From Candidatus Heimdallarchaeota archaeon (GTDB lineage: Archaea > Asgardarchaeota > Heimdallarchaeia > JABLTI01): a DNA stretch of 21,908 nucleotides. Both the position numbers and the translations under genes were made by a program. Every line of letters starts with the position of its first letter. Positions within the stretch are counted from its first letter, which is position 1. Of this stretch, positions 1 to 6,140 are shown piece by piece. Below the pieces are notes generated by a model, which had not been told where the DNA came from, did no database searches, and worked only from the letters and a program-made list of their open reading frames with translations. The DNA is taken from NCBI GenBank assembly GCA_019056785.1, contig DXJV01000010.1, positions 1-21,908 of the forward strand, in the 5' to 3' direction.

Positions 1-485
1 TCTGGACTCAAGGCAATCTGTTCAATTGGCATTCCAGTACTTGCTGTCCCCTCTAGAAGACGGAAAGGAATAGAACTTGAGATGTATGGCGGGGGGAGGA
101 TTACAGCCATGATGATATCGCTTGGATGTAAAATATTTAATAATCGTTTTCCAATCGCTTCTTTGCTACGATTAATGTCGTTATATGTCCAAGCCATCCA
201 TTTTTTCTTTCCCATCGAGCCAGAAGTGCAGAACCAAAAGGCAACATTTTTTGTGAGGATTATTTCTTCAATAGAATATTTTTCCCACGTTTGTCGGAGG
301 TCATCCGCACTTATAAAGGGCAAAGATTGTAAACCGGAAAACCCTTTTAGCCGGTCAATTGGAATCCCTGCCTTTTTCCATCTCTCAGAATAAAGCGCGG
401 ATTTTGCCGCTCGCTGAAAGAAGCTTGTTTTCTCGAGTAGTTTTTCATGTTCTTGATAGCGTTTTTGAAATTCAATTGATGCCAA
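1..485 (-). CDS. Phenylacetate-CoA ligase (PaaK)-like adenylate-forming enzyme, N-terminal part (runs off the window start)
   Basis: Not in the ORF track; translated by hand from TTG at 485: MASIEFQKRYQEHEKLLEKTSFFQRAAKSALYSERWKKAGI...LQSLPFISADDLRQ...FWFCTSGSMGKKKWMAWTYND... open to base 1. It has the PaaK-type N-terminal Y..rw..aGi..l..LPf..ddL pattern and the AMP-binding P-loop TSGSxG. Confidence 0.85.
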   Translation of the reverse strand, partial: MASIEFQKRYQEHEKLLEKTSFFQRAAKSALYSERWKKAGIPIDRLKGFSGLQSLPFISADDLRQTWEKYSIEEIILTKNVAFWFCTSGSMGKKKWMAWTYNDINRSKEAIGKRLLNILHPSDIIMAVILPPPYISSSIPFRLLEGTASTGMPIEQIALSP

Positions 486-666
486 CTTTAATCAACCGTC
501 TAAGTATAATTTTTGACAATCTAACTATTTGATTCTTTATTTTTAACTTGTTCTCTTTGACTAAAAACAATGGCACCTATTAGGATAAAGCATCTTTTAA
601 AGGATATTTTCATTATTAAAAAGATATTAAAAGAGAATTGCTAAATACTTTTTAGAGGAAATAATT

Positions 667-3084
667 TTGTCAACCACTATTACTAAATCACGAATGATAG
701 CAACCCTGGTATTAATAGTATCACTTCTAACAATCCTTACAAATAGTATGAATTTAAAATATGTAGAAAATGCAACTGAAAAGCAGGCAATGCAAAAAAG
801 TTCTTTGCAATTAGAACCTATTACTCTTAAAAGCGACCCGAAAGACAACAATTGGACTTTTATAGGTAAAATTAGTCAGTTAGATGATGATTATGGAGAG
901 ATAAGAAGGATCATTATCGCCGAGGATTTTGCATATGTTATCCACACCTATTATGGAATAGAAATAATAAACATTCAAAATACACTAAACCTCGAAAAAG
1001 TCTTTATCTATACCCCTGCTGAAATACCGATGAGTTTTGATTTTAAAGATGGTTTTCTTTACTTAACCGATACTAGCAGAGATTTGTGTGTTATAAATGC
1101 CACCGATAATAGTAATTTGCAGACAATGGGGATATACGACGATAATACAGGCAATGGCTATGATGTTGCGGTGCAAGGTGAATGCGCTTTTATAGCAAAT
1201 GGGTTGGATGGTTTGGAAATTTTCAATGTTTCAATAAAAAATAACATCAAGAAAATTGCAACCTATAAAATTACCGGGGAATTGGCTATTCGTGTCACGG
1301 TGGCTGGAGATCTTGCCTTTGTTTCTTTTTCAGACTATGGCCTTGTTGTTCTTAATATTTCTGACATTACACACCCAAAGAAAATTATAACCCTTGCCAA
1401 CTCTCAAAGTGTCGGGAGTGCAACTGTTTCAAACGAATTTTTATATCTCACTTTAATGGAGGGGGGGTTTTCGATTTACAATATCACTAATACAACAAAT
1501 ATTGAAAAAATGTCCAGTGTATTTTTAAGCTCTGACACTCATGCTATTTCCATTATGAATGGCAATTACTCTTGTGTTGCCAACGGAGGGGATGGTGTCT
1601 CTTTCTTTAATGTGACAAACAAAAATGAACCTCAAAAAATGGGCACATTTTATGATGGGGGTAATGCAAATGATGTCGCGTTTGATGGGAAATTTATTTA
1701 CGTTGCAGATTTTGAAGATGGGTTAGAAATCCTTGGTAAGGATTCAGACGGAGATGGACTAGCGGATTATCTCGAAACTGAAGTTTATGGAACGAACCCC
1801 AATTTGTACGATACAGATTCGGATGGATTAAGTGATGGAGATGAGCTGTCTCTTGGAACAAACCCATTCGACTTAGACACAGACAATGATCTATTGGACG
1901 ATTTCTGGGAAGTTACTTTTGGAACGAATCCACTAGAGGCAGATGCTAATGAGGATCCAGATGGTGACGGGATACCGAGTCTCCTTGAATATCACCTCCA
2001 GACAGAACCTTTGAATGCAGATACAGACGGCGATAACTTCACAGATGGAGATGAGTTTCGCTATGGAACAGATCCCCTTAACCCAAATGACTTTCCTCAA
2101 AAAGAAGAAGAAGAAGAAGAAAGCAACCCTTCAAATTGGTGGGTTTGGGTTATTTTCGGTGGTGTTGCTTTTGTGCTAATGTTTCTTTTAACCTTTATCA
2201 TTATCTTTGCAAAAAATAAACGACAGCAAAGGAGAGTCATGCCAGATAAACCTGTTTTAGAACAAGAGAGTGAGGATGAAGAAACCCTTGAACCGGCAAT
2301 TTTCAGAGAAGAGGAAAGTAATGAGAGCTTACCGGAAAATGAAATTAGAAAAACCTTTCCTGTGCTACAAAAAACAAGTGAAATACCAAATCCGAGTGGT
2401 TTCTTGAGTGACTTGTTATTGGTTAGAACAATTTTAATTATTTATAAAAATGGCATTCCTTTATTTTCAGTTAATTTTGATGAGGAACTTGACTCTACAT
2501 TAACAGCAGGGTTCATTACAGCAATAACTAATTTTAATGAAGAAATGATTATGCAGAAAAAAGGGCCAAGAAGCAATTTTACACAAATGGGACAAGAAGG
2601 GGGTATTTTCTGGATCTTTGATGGCTCTTTCGTAAAACTCGCTTTGTTGCTCAAAAGTGAACCTTCGAAGCAATTTAAGAAACCAATTAGAACCTTTTTA
2701 CGACAGTTTGAGAACATCTTTGAAAACAAACTAAAGAACTTTAGTGGAAATGTTGTGGATTTTCTCCCTACACACAAATTATTAGAGAAATACCTTCATA
2801 CATATTACCTTTCACCAATGAAGATTGATCCAAACTTTATGAGAAGGAAAATTATTGCTAAATTACACATACGAAAAACGCTCGAGTATTATCAAGAGAA
2901 TTTTAATGAAGAACATACAGTCTATCTTCAGCAATTAATCGAACACTCATTCAAAAATTTGAAAACTTTGTCTTATGATGCTATTATTAGTGAGATAATT
3001 ACTCTTGTAAATGAGCGAATACTTCTGCCTGTCAAGAGCGAAGAAGATGTTGAACTAGAAGAGTATCAAAACATTGATGATTAA
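667..3084 (+). CDS. Single-pass surface protein: LVIVD-repeat beta-propeller, DxDxDG Ca-binding repeats, TM helix, acidic linker, cytoplasmic longin-like domain
   Basis: N-terminal hydrophobic signal (IATLVLIVSLLTIL). About 7 repeats of the type DVAVQGECAFIANGLDGLEIFNVS / DVAFDGKFIYVADFEDGLEIL. Tandem DSDGDGL..E..GT.P...DTD repeats from about nt 1741. TM segment WWVWVIFGGVAFVLMFLLTFIIIF followed by KNKRQQRR. C-terminal ILIIYKNGIPLFS...LTAGFITAITNF...FE..F...L..FSG pattern typical of longin/roadblock-like domains. Start may be ATG 694. Confidence 0.85.
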   Translation: MSTTITKSRMIATLVLIVSLLTILTNSMNLKYVENATEKQAMQKSSLQLEPITLKSDPKDNNWTFIGKISQLDDDYGEIRRIIIAEDFAYVIHTYYGIEIINIQNTLNLEKVFIYTPAEIPMSFDFKDGFLYLTDTSRDLCVINATDNSNLQTMGIYDDNTGNGYDVAVQGECAFIANGLDGLEIFNVSIKNNIKKIATYKITGELAIRVTVAGDLAFVSFSDYGLVVLNISDITHPKKIITLANSQSVGSATVSNEFLYLTLMEGGFSIYNITNTTNIEKMSSVFLSSDTHAISIMNGNYSCVANGGDGVSFFNVTNKNEPQKMGTFYDGGNANDVAFDGKFIYVADFEDGLEILGKDSDGDGLADYLETEVYGTNPNLYDTDSDGLSDGDELSLGTNPFDLDTDNDLLDDFWEVTFGTNPLEADANEDPDGDGIPSLLEYHLQTEPLNADTDGDNFTDGDEFRYGTDPLNPNDFPQKEEEEEESNPSNWWVWVIFGGVAFVLMFLLTFIIIFAKNKRQQRRVMPDKPVLEQESEDEETLEPAIFREEESNESLPENEIRKTFPVLQKTSEIPNPSGFLSDLLLVRTILIIYKNGIPLFSVNFDEELDSTLTAGFITAITNFNEEMIMQKKGPRSNFTQMGQEGGIFWIFDGSFVKLALLLKSEPSKQFKKPIRTFLRQFENIFENKLKNFSGNVVDFLPTHKLLEKYLHTYYLSPMKIDPNFMRRKIIAKLHIRKTLEYYQENFNEEHTVYLQQLIEHSFKNLKTLSYDAIISEIITLVNERILLPVKSEEDVELEEYQNIDD

Positions 3085-3173
3085 GTAAAATATTAAAACT
3101 CTTTAAGAGTAATCTTTAAAGAGAAACAATTCAATAAAAAAGCAATTTAAAAAATCCCCCAGGTAACTTAACA

Positions 3174-4547
3174 ATGGCTCTTGAAAAATTCCTATTCTTT
3201 TTCATCCAACGAAGAATAAAACGAATGCGAAAGCGCATACAAAAGAATGATATTGCCTTTCTTAAAAAAGAGATTACAAAGATTACGCCAAAAACAACGG
3301 ATTATCTTTTACGGTTTAATATTATTAACGGACTAAAACATGCAGCAAAAAATTCTCCATACTACCGGTCGCTTTTACAACCCATTCTAAAAGAGCTTTC
3401 CTTTAAAAACTGTAAAACGATTTTTCGAAAAATACCCTTTACTACCCAGGAAATGGTAAAAGAACACCCCGAGCAATTCCTCGCTGTTCCCAGAGAAAAG
3501 ATTGCTGCGTTAGATTTCACTTACGGGAGTACTGGGCATCGAAAGGTGATTTATAACTCCCCTTGGGATTTAACAGCAATTATCAATAGTTATGTGCTTG
3601 GCTTCATCAATTGTGGCTTAACCGAAAAAGAAGTGGTACAGATTGTTTATTCTTTCGGCATCTGGGGAGTTGCGAACAATATTCTCCATGCAACATTGAA
3701 ACTTGGCTTTTTAGCTTTGCCAACCGGAAATTATCTCAGCTTTCAGGAACAAAAGGAGTTTATTGAGAAATTTGGCACAACGGCCATTCTAGGCACGCCC
3801 TCCTATATTTATAATCTTGCAAAAGAAATTACTCTTACTCCTGAAAGTAAGAAGAAAATCAAAGTTATAATGATGGGTGGTGAAGGTTTACCAAAACACC
3901 GTAGAAAAGTTATAGAAGAGTCACTTGGTGGTGAGATTTTTCTTAATTATGGGCTAAATGAATTAGGTGGTGGTATTGGTTCAGAATGCAAAGAGCATGC
4001 TGGCTATCACATTTTTCCAAACTTTCTCTTTGAAATTGTTAACCCTCAAACCGGCGAGCCCGTTCCAGATGGCGAGTTTGGAGAGCTGGTCATCACGACT
4101 TTAAAACGTGAAGCAATGCCACTTATTCGATATAGAACTGGTGACATCACTCGAGTTCTACCTGAACCATGTGCTTGTGGTCTCCCTCTCCCCCGGATAG
4201 ATTATCTAAAAGGGCGTGTTGATGATCGTATTGTTATTGGTTCAGCAGAAAAGTATTATCCCAGCCATTTCGATGAAGTACTAGACCCTCTTGAAGAGGT
4301 TAAAGATTATTGGATAGAAGTCACAGAAGAAGACGGGAGAGACACACTTAATGTTTATATCCTCACTAACAATGGCTCAGGAGAGCTTGAAGAGAAAGTC
4401 ATTCAAAAACTTTTAACCATTAAATCTCTAAAAATAGATATTGAACAAACAAAAACAGTAAATACACCAAACATTGTTTTTGTTAGTAAAGCTCCTCCAA
4501 GCGCAAAACGAAGAAGATTGGTTGACAAGAGAAAGAAAGGACGGTAA
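3174..4547 (+). CDS. Phenylacetate-CoA ligase (PaaK)-like ANL-family ligase
   Basis: SPYYR; P-loop variant FTYGSTG; GTPSY; NYGLNE; GELVITTL.REAMPLIRYRTGD; CACG; GRVDD. AGGT SD-like sequence upstream of the ATG. Confidence 0.9.
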   Translation: MALEKFLFFFIQRRIKRMRKRIQKNDIAFLKKEITKITPKTTDYLLRFNIINGLKHAAKNSPYYRSLLQPILKELSFKNCKTIFRKIPFTTQEMVKEHPEQFLAVPREKIAALDFTYGSTGHRKVIYNSPWDLTAIINSYVLGFINCGLTEKEVVQIVYSFGIWGVANNILHATLKLGFLALPTGNYLSFQEQKEFIEKFGTTAILGTPSYIYNLAKEITLTPESKKKIKVIMMGGEGLPKHRRKVIEESLGGEIFLNYGLNELGGGIGSECKEHAGYHIFPNFLFEIVNPQTGEPVPDGEFGELVITTLKREAMPLIRYRTGDITRVLPEPCACGLPLPRIDYLKGRVDDRIVIGSAEKYYPSHFDEVLDPLEEVKDYWIEVTEEDGRDTLNVYILTNNGSGELEEKVIQKLLTIKSLKIDIEQTKTVNTPNIVFVSKAPPSAKRRRLVDKRKKGR

Positions 4548-4553
4548 ATTATT

Positions 4554-5177
4554 ATGAAAAAAGGTGCAAAAATCACTCTTTTTATTTTCCTTGGGTTTGT
4601 TGTTCTTTCAGGGATTTTTATCCCAATTGCCCCGTATATATTTCACTTCAATCCAAAATATGGCACCCCTTCCCTCGAATTTCCCATGCTCGAACCGATG
4701 AACATCACCCGTTTAGCAGCATATCATACACCAGACTGGGGTGAACCCGGCAAATTCCATAATGGCATTGACTTGGCAATCAATGGCCCAACGAAAGTTA
4801 TTTCTCCCTGTTATGGTTGGGTAACCCGCATCCGGTACAATATTAACCCCTATGCCGGCAATGGCGAAGTTGCTATGATCCATGTTTCAATAATGATCAA
4901 TTATGCCTGGAGTGTGAAACTTGTTTTCGAACCTTGGGCGAATACAACGGAATTTCGTGAGAAACAATTAGCAGCGATTATTGTAAAGCCAGGGATGTTT
5001 GTTACTCCTGGCGACTTAATCGGTACGCTTCTTTATAATTATCAATATCCTCATTTGCATTATATGGTCATGAAATTCGAGCGAGATGTTTGTCCTTATA
5101 CTTTTTCCTCCCCAACGGCAAAAAGCATTTTTGAAGACATTGCGGAACGAACAAATTCCACCATTTGTTACCCATAA
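4554..5177 (+). CDS. Membrane-anchored M23-family (LytM-like) zinc metallopeptidase
   Basis: N-terminal basic + hydrophobic anchor; HNGID (HxxxD) and PHLHY (HxH) zinc motifs; VKPGMFVTPGDLIG is the typical M23 strand. Starts 6 nt after the ligase stop, suggesting an operon. Confidence 0.8.
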   Translation: MKKGAKITLFIFLGFVVLSGIFIPIAPYIFHFNPKYGTPSLEFPMLEPMNITRLAAYHTPDWGEPGKFHNGIDLAINGPTKVISPCYGWVTRIRYNINPYAGNGEVAMIHVSIMINYAWSVKLVFEPWANTTEFREKQLAAIIVKPGMFVTPGDLIGTLLYNYQYPHLHYMVMKFERDVCPYTFSSPTAKSIFEDIAERTNSTICYP

Positions 5178-5241
5178 ATTTTGAGAGAAAGCAAATGATA
5201 TTAGAATAGCCAACCGTAACATCCCCTAAGAGTTGATTCCC

Positions 5242-5973
5242 TTGTGTGGAAGATTTGCCCGATTCTCCCCTGCTCATGTTTTTCGCCTTCTGTTTCAGCT
5301 CGAAGAATTTACTAATCTCCCACCACAATACAACATCTCTCCCGGACAAAATATCTATGCCGTTCGTGGAATTGTCCTTCGACAAGAGCGAACACCTAAC
5401 GAAAATTCCCTCAAGAGAATACAGAAGGAAGTAGTTCCTTTACAATGGGGGTTAGTTCCCTTCTGGACGAAAGAACCAACTTTAGGACCAATAAATGCTC
5501 GCGCCGAGACACTCACACAAAAACCCTATTTTAAAACCGCTTTTAAACGCCATCGTTGCTTGATTCCTGTTGATGGTTTTTATGAATGGCAAAAAACACC
5601 AGGCGGGAGCAAACAACCATACTTTATTCGTATGGCTAATGCGAAACCGTTTGCCCTCGCTGGTATTTGGGACCGGTGGGAAGGACCGAACAGCCGAATC
5701 ATCGAATCTTGCGCCATTATCACCACAAAACCGAATAAATTACTTAAAACAATCCATAATCGCATGCCGGCCATTATTCCTCCCTCGGCTTTTGATACCT
5801 GGCTCGACCCTTCACCTGAAAGTCAAGAACGCGCGCTTGCTCTTCTTAAGCCATTTGAGGCCCAGAAGTTAGAAGCCTATGCTGTTGGCGATTATGTTAA
5901 TAATACTAAAAACGAGGGGGAACAGTGTATTTTGCCAAAAAGTGACCGTTACAAACAGCAGAAACTATTCTAA
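5242..5973 (+). CDS. yedK: SRAP family (YedK/HMCES-like) abasic-site DNA-protein crosslinking protein
   Basis: Start moved from 5233 to TTG 5242, giving the family's MCGRF N-terminus with catalytic Cys2; GAGTTGAT SD-like sequence just upstream. Motifs YNISP, WGL, INARAET, RCLIPVDGFYEW, IHNRMP. Confidence 0.95.
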   Translation: MCGRFARFSPAHVFRLLFQLEEFTNLPPQYNISPGQNIYAVRGIVLRQERTPNENSLKRIQKEVVPLQWGLVPFWTKEPTLGPINARAETLTQKPYFKTAFKRHRCLIPVDGFYEWQKTPGGSKQPYFIRMANAKPFALAGIWDRWEGPNSRIIESCAIITTKPNKLLKTIHNRMPAIIPPSAFDTWLDPSPESQERALALLKPFEAQKLEAYAVGDYVNNTKNEGEQCILPKSDRYKQQKLF

Positions 5974-6140
5974 ATACCTCCTGCGTTTTTTCTCGGAATT
6001 TTTCTCCAGAAACATACTCTTCTCTGCATTTCTTCCGACAAAAATACTTACAGCCGACTCTCACTTTCCCAGATTTTCTTATAGAATCTGCTACTAAGAA
6101 TAGTAGTACTTCAACCGCCACGAAAGAAAAAGGTAAATGA

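Noticed and set aside
82-393. 103-aa plus-strand ORF
   Set aside because: Antisense shadow of the PaaK-like gene on the minus strand, which has real motifs.
2103-2120. (GAA)6 microsatellite
   Set aside because: Encodes a Glu run in the juxtamembrane linker; in frame, with no sign of phase variation.
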